Notes: a model not told the origin generated them from the sequence alone. A stretch of DNA of 64,000 nucleotides from Botryllus schlosseri (GCA_051294905.1 CM119372.1:25856001-25920000); one strand, 5' to 3'; positions 50,030 through 63,573 are shown, numbered from the stretch's first letter. Made by a program: numbers and translations.

Positions 50030-52557
50030 CAGGGGTGGTCAACCTTTTTGCTATTCACGGCCGCATTTCAATTACTCATGTAGCACGCGGCCGCATTCTA
50101 GGGGATAGTCGTAATGAACTAACTGGACGCCAAATGGGTATGATAAACCGTCCATATCCATTTCCTGTGAGGTACGGATTAATCTACTTATTGATATCGG
50201 CATACTATTCACGATTGGTTAGGGAAGTAAGTGACGCAGTTGGTTACGCACTGCAGTGGGTTAGAATCCAAGTTATGACCAACTTCTACATGTCGGTTTC
50301 TCTGGGCTCCTCATCGCCGATCTCACTACTACGGCTGTGTGTTGCAAAGCCCGGACTGAAAGTGAGCCGTGTTACAAGTCGGCAGCTGGAGATCACGATG
50401 GGGACGCATGTCAGTGGGAGAGACTGAAGTTGACTGGGAGAAGAGAATGGAAGCCGTCCCATAGAATACGAAAAAACGATAAGGCGATGTGGCAGCACAT
50501 AGCTTGAAAAAAGCGATAAGCGCCACTGTGCTGTACCAATAATATATTACGTGAGTGGTCGTGTGTTGAATAACTTGCAGGAACGGTTATGGTCGCGCAA
50601 AGCGCGAAATTATTTTCATATTCACGGATGAATTTCGTCATTAATATTAGTAGTTTCACATATTATTATGATCAATCATTTAGCCCAGTGTCTCCCAAAC
50701 TTTTTTGAGCCACCGCCCCCCTGGACAACGAAAAAAGTGCCAGCGCCCCCCGACCCCCTAAATCAAATTAATGTTGTTTTGGATTTATTTCAGCTAATAA
50801 CAAGGCGGATCAAGATGGTTTATTATTATTATAAACATCCTCGTCATACTGGGTTAGAAATTTGATAAGAGCAATCTCAATCTGAAACCTCCAGTCTCCA
50901 CGTACCGTACTGTCAAGTCGGTTTCTGCCGTGAGTCAGAAACCTTGTCACGGTATTGAAGACGCGTTCTATCAAATATGAACGGGGAAGGACAACGACAA
51001 AAAATGTCACCCGACTCCAGTGAGAGTATTTTTATTTGATTTAATTGTGTATCCAGGACGATTGATTCGAGATATTGAACTTCAGTTCGAACTCAAAATT
51101 GTTCTACCTATAGGCCTAACTACATAACAATGTAATCAGCTCCTCAATCATTTCATGCTCGGTAACTTTACAGAATGAATTGATAATCCGGTAAGGAATT
51201 TTTAATTGGAATATATCCCCGAATCAACCCACCCTATCCTTGTGCAGTTTTTTAAGATGATTGATTTATGCTTCTCTGTCAAAATCGGGTATTCGAGCTG
51301 GGCCAGTAGCTCATGCGAGCTTGATAGTAATGGGAACAGTTCAGGTCTTGCAAACTTTCGGTTAAATATCACGGGCTTATCACTGAATCCGGACAGGGCC
51401 ATTTACGTCTTTAGCAGGTTTCATTATTAGTAAGAACGGAAATATTCTACTCGATAATTTTAAAGAATATGCCCGTCAAGCAGGCCTAGAAATGATGTCG
51501 CTTCTCGCAACCAGAACGTCGTGTCGAAGGCCTCGGTCGCAGCACTGTGTATAATTCACAATCGTTTGAATCAGAGATTAAAATCACACAAGGCAGTTTC
51601 TATCAAAAAGTCATCACACCTTGTAGTGAGCAACAACTGCTCAAGTAGCTCTCATAGCATACAATGAACCACGCTTTCTAGGGATTCTGACGACTGCTAA
51701 ATTAGTCCATTGATGGCCGGATCAACATTGTCAGGTAACAATGGACTTTTCCGGTAAAGCTGACAGAGACGGACGACCCTAAATTGCCTTGAGTGAATCG
51801 ATTTTGCATGTTTACTGCATATTTAGCTGCTTTATTCATCAACCGTTTCATCACTATGGAGCAGTTGCCTTCTAAGCCTACAACGCGGTCATTTGCTCTC
51901 AGCGCCCCCTGCCGCCCAATTTTGTAGCCAGCGCCCCCCAATCGCCCATTTCACCGCCAGCGCCCCCTTCACGTCCACGAGCGCCCCCAGGGGGGCGCTG
52001 GTGCCCACTTTGGGAACCACTGATTTAGCCTGTCTCAGCCCATGTGATCATATTCACCGGTCGAGTTGATGGAGGGTTGCTTTCGAAAACTTAGGGCAAG
52101 TTATAAATGATGAAGGATCTTCGGGTTGGTCAATTGTTATTAGTCACTTTGTTGCATGCTATCATTTGTTGACATCCCATCAAGATTGTTGGAAATTCGA
52201 TATAGTGGAAAGATATTGGAATCGCCCTAACGCACCAGAAACAAATTTCTTTCACGAGAAGAACACGATTCCAAGTTGATATTTCTATATGGAGCGCATC
52301 GTTTTCACCTGCTGTTCACATGTGTACTGTGCGGCTCGAATTGCAAAGGGGGTAACTAAATTATAATTGAAAAATTAAGTCCTATTGATTCGCACACATC
52401 GCGTAGGAAATTTCAAGAATAATTAAAATCTTTCAAAAATTCGGGAGCAAATTCGTAAATTCGATCTGCATGTCGACGACCGCCAACCCATACTTATTGA
52501 ATTACGTGTCGACTGCGGCACAAACTCCCTTGTGCGGCCGCGGGTTGGCCACGCCTG
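50030..52557. mobile_element. hAT MITE hosting a Buster-type element
   Basis: caggggtggtcaacc/ggttggccacgcctg; TSD atatagac/gtatagac. Confidence 0.8.
50686..52022 (-). mobile_element. Internally deleted Buster-type hAT element with transposase relics
   Basis: TIR cagtgtctcccaaac/tttgggaaccactg; perfect TSD ATTTAGCC. LPRSYLIERVF..RNRLD..RGD resembles the hAT C-terminal dimerisation region. Confidence 0.85.
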
Positions 52558-52663
52558 GTATAGACGCGCGGAGACTGGGAAATTGGTTTGCTACTAATAA
52601 ATTACCAATTGAATTTCATTTTTAGACTTTTCCATAATTGTAATCTGAAATTCCAGTTTCACA

Positions 52664-55600
52664 ATGATGTCTGACGGCCTCAAAGTTTTAAAATACGTGG
52701 TGTTCGTTTTCAACTTGCTGATATTCGTAAGTACAATTTTATCATTTTCGTAAATCGATTGCAAAGAGAAGTTAGCGTGGTGCCCTTTACTCGGTTAACA
52801 TTTTAAAAAATGTAAACGCTTAACTGAGCGACAACTCATTTGAGTGACGAATAATTCGAGTTCATATTGATTAATTTTGATATAATTGATAGGTATTTTA
52901 AGTGCCAATGCCGATAGGTTGGAGCAGTGGCTCTCAAGTGGGGTGCCATGAGAAAATAATGTAATGAGGGTTGTCGTCAACATATAATATAATGCAGGAC
53001 AATTCTAAGTAGCCTAGAATTTGTGAAGCTCATGACTACGAACAAGGTCACCAATAGATTGGTGCAAGTGACTGCAAATGAGATGAATGCTGGACGGAAA
53101 GTGATGGTTATTTATCCCTTTCAGTGGTGCCAGAAGGCCGGATTGAGAACCACTGGGTTTAGAGTTGGATAGGGTTGGCATAGTGGTTAGACTACGTTAG
53201 AGCTTGGGGTGGAGGAGATAGTGATGGGTTATGTTTAGGGTCAGAATTGTGTGTTATAGTTCAGATTATGGTTATCATTAGAGGTTAGACTCTATTGATT
53301 CAAATTGAATGGGCTAATGTGTTATACGCAACGCTGTTTATGTTACACACACCACTAAAACAGCCGTTTCAAATGTGTCGCTCAAATAAGCTGTCCCTCG
53401 GTTGATATACAATACAACTTACAATATACAACAATGTACGATATACAGTATAAAACACAATATATAATATGCAAAATACAATACAATATACAATATACAA
53501 TACTAATCACCACAAACTTTCGTAACCTCTTGCTTGTTTATATGCGAAATTCTACGGATTAAATATATTAGAGCAGGGGTGTCGAATAGGGATGGTGTGA
53601 ACCTCTGAAAGGTTCAGGTTCGTGTGAACGCGAACCTTTTTGAAAGGTTCTGTGTGAACGCGAACGTGAACCTCGTGACGTCATGTGACGCCATATTGCT
53701 AATTTCAACCCTATATTTCAATGAAGTGATAGCCTGTAGTAATGTACACAATACCTAGCGACGACTCGTGTCACATAATGCCACAATGCCGAAGTATGTA
53801 TTGACGTTTTAAACGTCGCTAAATATATCAACTGAGGCAATCAAATGATATTATAATGCCATAAATTCAATAACTTCTGTCCCTTTGCCAACAATTTCGA
53901 TGACGACTTGCCAGGGAATACAAGCTTACGCCTAAACGGTCTTGGCCAGACCGATATTGAGCAGAGTGCAAAACAGGTTTCCATACTTGCTACCGATATT
54001 ACCCCATTAAGAAGTTAGACAGCAGTAGCCAATACCCTAATTGCACGGATTTGCTTATTATGATGCAGTAAACATATGAAGTCAAGATTGAGCCGTACGC
54101 CTTCTAGATTTTTACATCATAAAACGATATCAATCTCACTGATTGGTTGAATGAGCATCATTCGCTGACTACATGTAGTGTATTCACAAACGGAAAGCTG
54201 GATATTTCGAGCAAAATTTTGTAACAAGGCAAGTAAAATTTTTGAGATTGTCAAGGTGCATGCTCGAATTGCTCGTTTAGTGTTGATTGTTTTTGCTGCC
54301 AGTGCCATGCATAGAGTGGTTCGCAGTTGAAATGCAATAAATGTGAACCAAAGATGTTATAATGAAGTTAAAATTGTAATGTACGAAAAATGTTCACAGT
54401 GCAGAACCTACCAAGGTTCTGTTGTGAACGCGAACCTCAAAATTTCCGAGGTTCACACACAGAACGCGAACGTGAACCTCACGTTCACACCATCCCTAGT
54501 GTCGAACTCAATGGGGTCGCGAGCCGGATTCAGATGTTTTGATCGCTCGCGGGCCGGACCAGTCAAATGATTGCAATATCTTTCTTCAAATCTATATCTT
54601 TTTTTTAACCGGAATGCTTTATTACCGACGCTATGCAAAATAATATTTCGCGGGTTACATGGGCTCTATTCGAGCATCGCAAACAATAGAATTGGCAAAA
54701 ATATACGATGATTGGTCGATTGAATACAGATATAAATCACCAAAACAGTGTCTCTAACGACGATATCAGTTGGCATATTTCTATACTCTTCATGTTTGAA
54801 TCATGATGGGTCTTTGGCCCTACGTACTCGTGGTGAGGAATACGAGAGACTGTAAACGCGGCCGTTTGAAATTTGTTCATTCTTTTTATATGACCTGACC
54901 AATTCGCCATTCCAGTTTCTCTGGAGATCGGCGGTGGGTCTTTCGGGTCAGAGTAAGGTAAACAGAAGTGCGACCAAAGATATTTGAATCATAATCTTCG
55001 AGTAGCTCCATATATTTTCACAACGGTTTCGCCGTTTCGTTTCTGCCACTATGAATACTATTATTTGGCCCATTTTCCAGAAAACTCTGAACTCAGTGTG
55101 CGATTTTTCCTTCTAAATGTGTAATGGCAATGTCACCAACTTCTTCCTGATAGGTACTTGGGTTAGAACTCAACACTGTCGACATATGGTTATAATGTGG
55201 CCCATGAACATGTTCGGCATTACTGTCTTGACGGATTATTTGATATTTACGTCATTTATTACTAAAAATCTCAATATGCTGGAGTATACAATAATTTTTT
55301 AATTTACTGCAAATTGCCTCACGGGTAGGATGAAATGGTCAGGCGGCCGTATGTTTGACACCCCTGTGTTAGAGTAACGAAAGATAGTCGAATAAGATCA
55401 TCGTGATCTTGTCAATACTGTCAGCGATTTCCAAGTCTAAATCGGTGGAATATATATATATTATATACATCATGTTATTCATAACTTTCACATAACGTTT
55501 CTTAGTACCAACAGTAAAGCAACAAACATTCCCAAAGACGATATCTGCTGACAAGCAGTAAACCGGTAGCTGATGGCCACGTCTTGCCGGAATTAAGCCC

Positions 55601-58600
55601 TTGCGCATTCAAATTCATATCTGTAAGATAACGTATGATCGTGTTTTGCAATGTCGCACATAGCGATCTTCCCATCACCCCCTTCACACGTTCAATAACA
55701 GATATGATGGAAATAAACGAACCTTTGTACCAACGTATCTATGATCTTAGTGATGGTGTGATTTCCTTGACCCACCTCAGTTCTGATCATATTTTGTTGA
55801 TTCCAATACCTTTTGAACGTGGCCGTATTTGCAGATTTGTGGTATCGCTGTTCTTTCCGTGGGGATTTGGGCACTGGTTAATGAGCAAGCATTCAAGAAA
55901 ATACTACTAGAAAACGTCTATGTACTCAATGGGGTCTACATCATCATATCGGTCGGCTCTTTGCTTTTCCTGATTGGATTCCTCGGCTGCTGTGGAGCCA
56001 TGCAAGAAGACAGATGCATGCTTGGGAGTGTAAGTCGTCTCACCGTTATTATAAGAGCAATGAATGTCCGTAACATGGGAATGATGGGTGCATTCTGGCG
56101 TAATTCTGAGGTGCGATTATATCCTGCAGTGATATGAACATTTGATTTTCAGCTCCCTCCAATATAGCCCTTTTCGTCTCGACCATGTACTATACGCTGC
56201 CCCCCCCCCCGAAGCAAAGTATGAAACGAAATTACGTAAACACGCAGAGATGTAAATGCTTCCATAATGCGGCCTCTTGCTATTTACTATACCCTTAAAT
56301 CAAATCCATATTGGAGTGACAATACACTATGCAGAATGTGAATTTTAAACTGCAGACTGCAGAATAATTCACATCTGCAGAGAATGTGGATTCAGTCCTC
56401 TTTACTTGGCTTGGTTTCACAGACCCTAATGGAGTCCTATCATACATCAATGCAGTAAGTTATGGTAGAATTCCATTCATTGACTGATAGAAGCTTTCAT
56501 TATTATACTATCCACTATTCCCTTTCAATTTTAGCGGGACCCTGGCCAAATGTGATATTAGCAGATGGAAATTCATATGCATTCAGGTATTGCAGTGGAT
56601 ATATGGTGTTTTCTATTCCAGTTCTTCACCATAGTGTTAATTCTCGTTATTGCCCAACTCACCGGAGCCATATTTCTATTCGCGAATCGTGGAGCTGTAG
56701 TCAAAGCGGTTCGAAAATCCATCAGCACGTACGGTAATGGTACTCCGAAAGGCAGAGTAATCCAAGACGGCTGGGATGCCGTGCAGAAACTTGTAAGTCT
56801 ATACCGAACGCTACGGGTATCCCTTGAAAACAAGGCGGCCGTATTAGTTTATTAACATTTGTGAGACAGTTACGCAAATGCAATGAGGATATTTTGCAAT
56901 TAGTCTGATACCAATTTATGCAGCATTATGAAATCTTAATTTGTGATGATATTGCTGTTTTCTGATGTGATTAGTACTTCGTTTACCTTTGCACTTCATA
57001 ATTAACAGTTCTCAGTTTTAACGCAAAACCAGTCGTATGGTATAATAGAATTTTACTTGGAAATCACGACTTCTACTTGTGTACAATCGATAACGACTTG
57101 ATTGTTTCACGTGTCACTTAGCTGGCACATCCGGAATCTCAGATGAAATGTCCAATCGAAATCCGACTTATCATTCGTTTTCCATATTGTATCTAACATG
57201 GTATCTATTAAAGCCCACCATCCTGTATGTATCCACATAAACAATGAGCAAGTACAGTAAAGTATGAGATGGTTGTATGAAGATCAAAACAGTTTTAGGA
57301 TCCAATCACTACCCCCAAGTCACAGCCAGCTTTGACTCGTGTCAAGTCATGTCGTTTCCAAATTATTTTAGTCAAGTCACGCACATTTTCATACTCGCAT
57401 GAAGTCTCGGATTCGCGAGAATGAGCTATATCAGGGTTGGCCAACCTTTTCAGCCAACCGGCCACATGAGATTTACGAACAATTGCGCGGGCCCCTTGAA
57501 TGTTAATGACATTTTAGTAGTTGTCCAATAAGAGCGAGCCGGATTAGGAAACGGTGAAACAAGACTTATATTACAACGCATCAAATTCGATAACACTTAT
57601 GTCAATAAAATACAGTGTACAATAATGATATAGCCGCGCGAAGCGCGAAAATTTAACTAGGCTAATGAATGAATTCGGTCAATAATAATGGTACTTGCAT
57701 ATACTGCGGGTCGCTTCTGTAGACCGCTGGTCTCATTTGGCAAGGACTGGATTATTCGGGGCCTGGACATACCAATATCGAAGATTTCGGCGAACATGCG
57801 TCTATCAATTCGTGCCAAGGTTTCGTAGTCAACGATCTTTCTGCGAGTGTAAACGCGAAGTATCATGTTGGACGACACGTTCTCTCATAATTGCGAATAT
57901 AGCTAGTCTAGACTCAATTCTGTAAATGGGGGGTATTTTAAATTTTCAGAAGGGGTTCCAATATAATAAAAGCAAGTAATCGAGTGACATTAAATCGCGC
58001 GGAGCGCTAAGGCAAATATAAAGTCAACTAAATCTGCCACGATATACTCTACTTCATGGTAATATTAGAAGATCTACGAAAAATCTGGCCGGCCCCTGGC
58101 TACGCCAATGCGTCGGAGCTGATATTTTAGTCATCAACATCCCGCATTTCGCGGAAAGGCTGATCAAATTTTTGGTCGGCCTTGCAAGTTTACCATAAAT
58201 TACCTGGGTAATTTATTTTTTGATATTATAACTAATTTCGAGAATTACATCGCGGGCCACTCAAAACCTTCTCGCGGCCACGGATTGGCCGCCCCTGAGA
58301 TATATGAAGATCAACGCCACACCAATTTCGAAGCAATGATTGGCTACATACTATCATTTATCATCACAGGTGAAATGCTGCGGAGAAAAGGGTTACAAAG
58401 ACTGGGTAACCAACTACGAATGGTCAACCAGATTCAGAAACAAAGTTGTGCCAGATTCTTGTTGTGTTCTCAAAAAGGCCACAGGAAAACCTGTTAATGA
58501 AAGTCTGTGCCAACTAGGCTACAGCAAATACATTCACAAAGACGGATGCGTTAAGAAGCTTTCAAAGACCATGATTACTGTTGCTATAGTTGCGGCAGTG

Positions 58601-59181
58601 GTTATGGTTGTCGAGGTATGTTATTTCACTTATTCCTGCTTACACAGAGCCGCAATAACAGACAGGTTTGTTTATGACATTTTCAGAATTATTTTTGGCA
58701 ATTTTGCCATAGCCATGAATTTAAATTTATGGACTCGAATTAACCATGTAAACGCTTTTTTTATGAAAACAAAGTAACCAGACTTACAGTATCCACTCTG
58801 TGCCATCAAATGCAATCGAGTTGACAACGATGCGAATCGACCCGATACCAATCTGACTTCTCCTGCAATATCTAATCTCGGTGGTCGATGCACTATGCAA
58901 GAACATTGCACAATTACCCGCTTTCACACAGATCACAATATTCTTGACACAGGCAAATTTAGGCTTTTGTCAATTCATTCGTTATGTTTCTTTACGTGAA
59001 GGTGTGATCGGGCTAGCGTGGCCCTCATTCGGCAGTGTACTGTACAATCATATGCGATTATACATATACTGCAAAAGTGGAGATGCTGATTTTCAATTTA
59101 TATTGTTATGTTCAGATTCTTGCAATGATTTTCTCTTGCTGCCTGTATCAACATGCAGATGGGTATGCTGAAATGGCATAA
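52664..59181 (+). CDS. Tetraspanin (paralogue 2), 246 aa; join(52664..52726,55835..56029,56622..56792,58370..58615,59116..59181)
   Basis: All introns GT-AG, phase 0, exon sizes 63/195/171/246/66 as in paralogue 1. GFLGCCGAMQEDRCML, CCG, PDSCC, GC; ends GYAEMA-stop. Confidence 0.95.
53574..55366. mobile_element. hAT MITE with left TIR interrupted by a family A copy
   Basis: caggggtgtcgaa/tttgacacccctg; TSD tattagag/tgttagag. Confidence 0.8.
53587..54498 (+). mobile_element. hAT MITE family A, uninterrupted 912-bp copy
   Basis: TIR tagggatggtgtgaac at both ends; perfect TSD GTGTCGAA. Confidence 0.92.
57432..58297. mobile_element. hAT MITE, CAGGGGTGGCCAACC family
   Basis: TIRs; TSD agctatat/agatatat. 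Confidence 0.85.
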
Positions 59182-59394
59182 TGAAACGACGGATATCGGT
59201 CTACATCATTTTATTGTCGTTGGTAAACACGTAATATGATCTCATCTTTCAAGTTCATAGTAAACTTTACGACGTATAAGAACAAAATATAACTCGTCTG
59301 GCGCTTTCAACTCGTTAAATATATTTTCTATTACACAGACTGATAACAATTGAGGACTATGTTACAGATAATTCGGGTGATATTAGCTGATGAA

Positions 59395-59400
59395 AATAAA
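59395..59400 (+). promoter_or_regulatory. Candidate polyadenylation signal of tetraspanin 2
   Basis: AATAAA about 215 nt after the stop codon; position only. Confidence 0.4.
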
Positions 59401-59757
59401 ATGCTATTGCGGCATCATGGCATAGACGGGGAGTATGAGCTCTGATATTTAGCGCCCGAATACCTTATTCATAGACTGCAAAGCATCTGATCCAGGGGCG
59501 GGCTATATACGATCCGCGGTATTTTGAGCGGTCCATGGAGCGCTTCCGATCTAAAGCGTAGGCCACACGTACAATATTCACTAAACGACGCCACTCGCGA
59601 CAATCTCACTCTTTCACTAAGACGAGTGTTACGTCATCATGGGGTGGGAAAAGGTTACCTGAGTACAGTACGTGTTTCTTGAAGTGAGAAAATGCGCCGG
59701 TACGGTACGGCTTTGCAGGGAACAGCAGCTTCTCGATGAATGAAGTATAGTTACCAC

Positions 59758-59930
59758 CAATGTTCCCTCTAATTTTTGACGGGTCTGCGCAGACCCTTGG
59801 AAAACAGTGCGTAACGACTAAAAAAAAGGTCATCACTTCGGATTTTCTGTGCGCAACTTGGATTTTCTGTGCGCAGAGACCGTAAAAGCACTGCGCATTT
59901 GCGCACGTGCGCAGCTTAGAGGGAACATTG
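59758..59930. mobile_element. 173-bp hAT MITE (CAATGTTCCCTC)
   Basis: TIR caatgttccctctaa/ttagagggaacattg; perfect TSD GTTACCAC. Confidence 0.92.
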
Positions 59931-61939
59931 GTTACCACGATGATCAAATCGGAAAATCGGCGTAATATAATATCCAGTAGTAGCCATGATCCCTTCATAT
60001 CTAGCATGGGTTGGATATCAGTGATAATTTTCATCAAGTTTTGTAATCTCCTCTTCCATCATTGCACGGCCCATGTCGTTATCGTTTTACATTTCCCTGT
60101 GTTCTAATTTAAACATTTCAATCATTGTGGTTGCAAGAGCCAACGTTTGCACCTATTTAAATATCATAAGATTCGTTTTTGTTATTACAAATGCCATACA
60201 GGACTATATGCTACAATATATCACCTACCATACTTGGTCCGTACACAGCGGCGGTCTCCGAACAACTGATCCATACTTCACAGTAATTTCTTTCTCGGCT
60301 GTGACGTAATGCTGTCACAACAAGATTCCCTAGCGAGCTCGCGAGTGAAACGCATCGGTAGCGACTTCACTAGCGACCTCGCTAGCGAAGGAGTGCGGAG
60401 CAAAGAAAGAAACGAAGTCGCTAGCGAATTTCGGTACCGTGTGACCTACCCTTGCCATAATAATGTGGCGAGCGGCCCGGATCGATATACATTTGCGAGC
60501 AAACGTTTTCGACCATGAAAATTAACGAGACAAAGCGGCGTTATAATCTAGCTTAATTCCTGTGCAATCTTTACCAAGGGTTTGTACGTCCAACATGCAT
60601 CATTCAAAGAACTTGTTGACAACTTTCATCCATTACACAGTGACGTGCGGAGAGGCTCATGGATGGTGAGGCACTGACCCCCCCACACACCTGACGAAGA
60701 TACACAAATATGAGAATAACAACAGCGGCAATAGAAGCGATTAGGCGAGAGCGTTTTCTCTGCACCCTATTCGCTGTTGTAATTCTACATTTCACAATAC
60801 ATATATAAATTATTTCCTTTAGTGAAATATTCAGGCATTTAATACAGATTGGTCAACGAAAAGGATGAAACGAAGACATGAAAATACTTTATTTGAGGTC
60901 CTAATTTCGGTTTTATATTCTCTATTGTCGTTTGCCCGGCCAATCTCCCTTTTTACTAGATTTGAAATGGACGCTGTATTAGCAAAACTAAATATATCAC
61001 TCACTAACATTAAATTTGGTTGAAGACATCATTCAGACTGCGGAAAATCAGGGTTAGATTCAAGATTTTGATCGGGGAGGCAGATTTTCTCGTATTAAGA
61101 TCCCCAAATACGTAAAACCTACAACGTTAGCTGATTGAGTGGGCGTCCTGCTTCTTATCACATTAGCCATCTTACACGCAGGCTATCTGTAGGCTACTCC
61201 TCGCCATCTGCTCCATGTAAGCCGTGTCTTACAAAAACCTAGAAGTGCCCGTGCCATAAGTTGCACGATATAATATCATAGGAATCAAACATAGAATATC
61301 GACCTGAGGTAAATGATTCAACTGTGCTGCGTTCGAAAATTACTTTTCAAAGGTTAAAGATGTTTTAACTGTTTTTGAATCAATTTTTTGCACTGAATCA
61401 AAAAATGCAACCATTATTTCAATCATGTCAAGCTTTTTCTTCATCGCATATTCAATTATGCTAGCTCTGGTCATTATTGTACACAAAGAAATTATAGGCT
61501 CTGTGGTAGCCTAATTGGTTATGCATGTTGCATATTTTTGCAAGATGGTATTTTCATTTCAATTCAAGATTTTTGCCATGACAGCCGTTTTAAATACTAC
61601 TAAAATATAATAACACAGTTGAAATAAAGGCCCTTACAACTAACCAAGAAAGCTTAATTTTGTTCAATGGCGCTCAACCTAACAGAAGGAGGTATAAGTT
61701 GATATCTTACCCTTTTAACATCACAAATGTGTTTTAAATGCGAAATACTTGCCAACATCAATGTGGGAAGTGGGAAACGGAAACGAAGTATTCAAAATAT
61801 CTGAACAAAGAAAGCGTTGTGCGGAACATAATGGTAAATTAACTAATTCTGATACTGATATTCCGACGATTCAATAACAATCTATGATATGAATGATTTA
61901 TGCTGACAATAAATGTAGGTTTATAATTTTTCTTTCATG

Positions 61940-62245
61940 TGTGGAGTTATGTGGATCTCTCTTTAAGCACCAACGGTAATCTGCAAACATGTTCAAGTCC
62001 CTGTATCCTTGATACCTTTTTCCATCTGGCGAAAATCTTGGTGGAATCTCTCTCCTTGTTATTCGCTGTAATCACCACAGTTGACTGGAAAATGATACTA
62101 ATGAGAAGTCAGAAAGTGCATTTCACAGGCATGTGCTCCAAGGGATTGAAGTTGTCAAGCAGCTCTTTGACCTGTGCTTCGTAATCAGGGCTTCTATGCT
62201 GTCCGTGGAGGTTTAAAATGACTACTCGAAAAGCTGCTGCAAGGT
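61940..62245 (-). pseudogene. Chapaev3 transposase C-terminal relic
   Basis: MPVKMHFLTSH*YHFPVNCGDYSE*QGERFHQDFRQMEK/RYQG..NMFADYRWCLKRD, matching the recalled Chapaev3 motif EQGERFHQD..ME.RYQG..MADYCW. Confidence 0.85.
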
Positions 62246-62478
62246 CAAGTGCCCTGCTCTCTCTCTCTCTCCTTTCCGTTATAGAATATTACCACATCAC
62301 GTGACTTATATTCACCGTTGCTATAAAACCGAGTGCATATCGTATATTGCTCATTGAGAATCTGAGACTTATGTGTAATACAAAACCTACTGTTTGATTT
62401 ATCCGTACAATATGTCTGGAAAAGGCAATGGTCGTCTGTTGAACTGCTAGTCAAGAACTCATTCGTCAGGAAGTTCGA

Positions 62479-62628
62479 CGGCCGCAGCTATTGGACACGA
62501 CAAACGTTCTATATGGTGCCCGAGTGAAGATATACAGCGAGTCCGTTGTCTACGGATAGCGCGTTACAAATATACTCAAACTGCGGGACACCATATAGAA
62601 CGTTTGTCGTGTCCAATAGCTGCAGCCG
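62479..62628. repeat. 150-bp hairpin with perfect 35-bp stem
   Basis: 62484-62518 is the exact reverse complement of 62589-62623. Confidence 0.9.
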
Positions 62629-63573
62629 CATAGGAGATACGAACGGCATGCCCACTGCCACTACCCATGGTCATTTTTCTACTGCACCCACGTGTGCAGT
62701 GAATCCTACTTCTTTGATCAGTTCACAGATCTGTGGCCTATGCTCAAAGGTGATATTAATCCTGAATCTTCATTACAGTATACTATAATACAATACAATA
62801 TACTATACTTTTTTAGAGACGCCCCCTTTTTGATAGTTGAACATTTCGCGCCCCCTTCTCGTGATATTACGGAATATTAAAGAGAGAAATCAGATTGCTA
62901 GCAATCCCAACGGATAGTTTGATGGCATTGAAGGTTATGGCTATTGAGGAGAGAATTCTCAAAGATGAAATTTGTACAATAGACAATACACACTAGATAT
63001 ACCAGGATGTAGGAGTAAATCGCGCCAGGCGCGAAAAAATTTCAGTTAACAGCGACTTCCCGCCCCCTTCAGATGCTTTCGCGTTCCCCACTTTAAGAAC
63101 CACTATACTAGGGAATGGTCTTCGTCATAATTGAAATATTTTCTAAACTTTTCATCAAAGCATCATTGCTAAATCCTCTTTATGACGTGACAAATCTCGA
63201 TCGCATAACGCTGAAAGCTTCAGTTTTCGGAAATTCAAATGCAACTTGCCAAAAATCCAGACCTGATTGAAGAAAACGGATAACAGTTTTTGATTCAGCA
63301 TCAAAATGTACACCAACAACCGTCAATACTTAAGCAACCTCAAAATTAACGCAGCGCAGTGTTATTACAATCGGAAACACCATGAAGGCCACAAACAGCG
63401 ATAACGCAGACTATGTAAGTAGCCATCACATATCACAATTTAACGTATCTATGGATTGAAATTACATAACTGCTACATCAGTAAGAGAATATATTGCTCC
63501 GCATTACGTTTTGGACATCGTTACTATACAATTCATACAACACTGTCCGTTGCCGAAATCTATGGCGCGTTTC

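Larger units (their letters stand above)
61320..63361 (-). mobile_element. Chapaev3 (CMC) transposon remnant with nested insertions
   Basis: TIR (c/a)actgtgctgcgtt/aacgcagcgcagtg, TTA on the right flank; internal transposase relic. Confidence 0.7.

Noticed and set aside
27900..52600. Third tetraspanin copy or pseudogene between the paralogues
   Set aside because: No CCG/GCCG-type exons recognised by eye; a TBLASTN would be needed to exclude faint relics.
53160..53510. Telomeric or functional satellite (GGTTAG-like and ATACA tracts)
   Set aside because: Short, highly degenerate low-complexity sequence in an intron.
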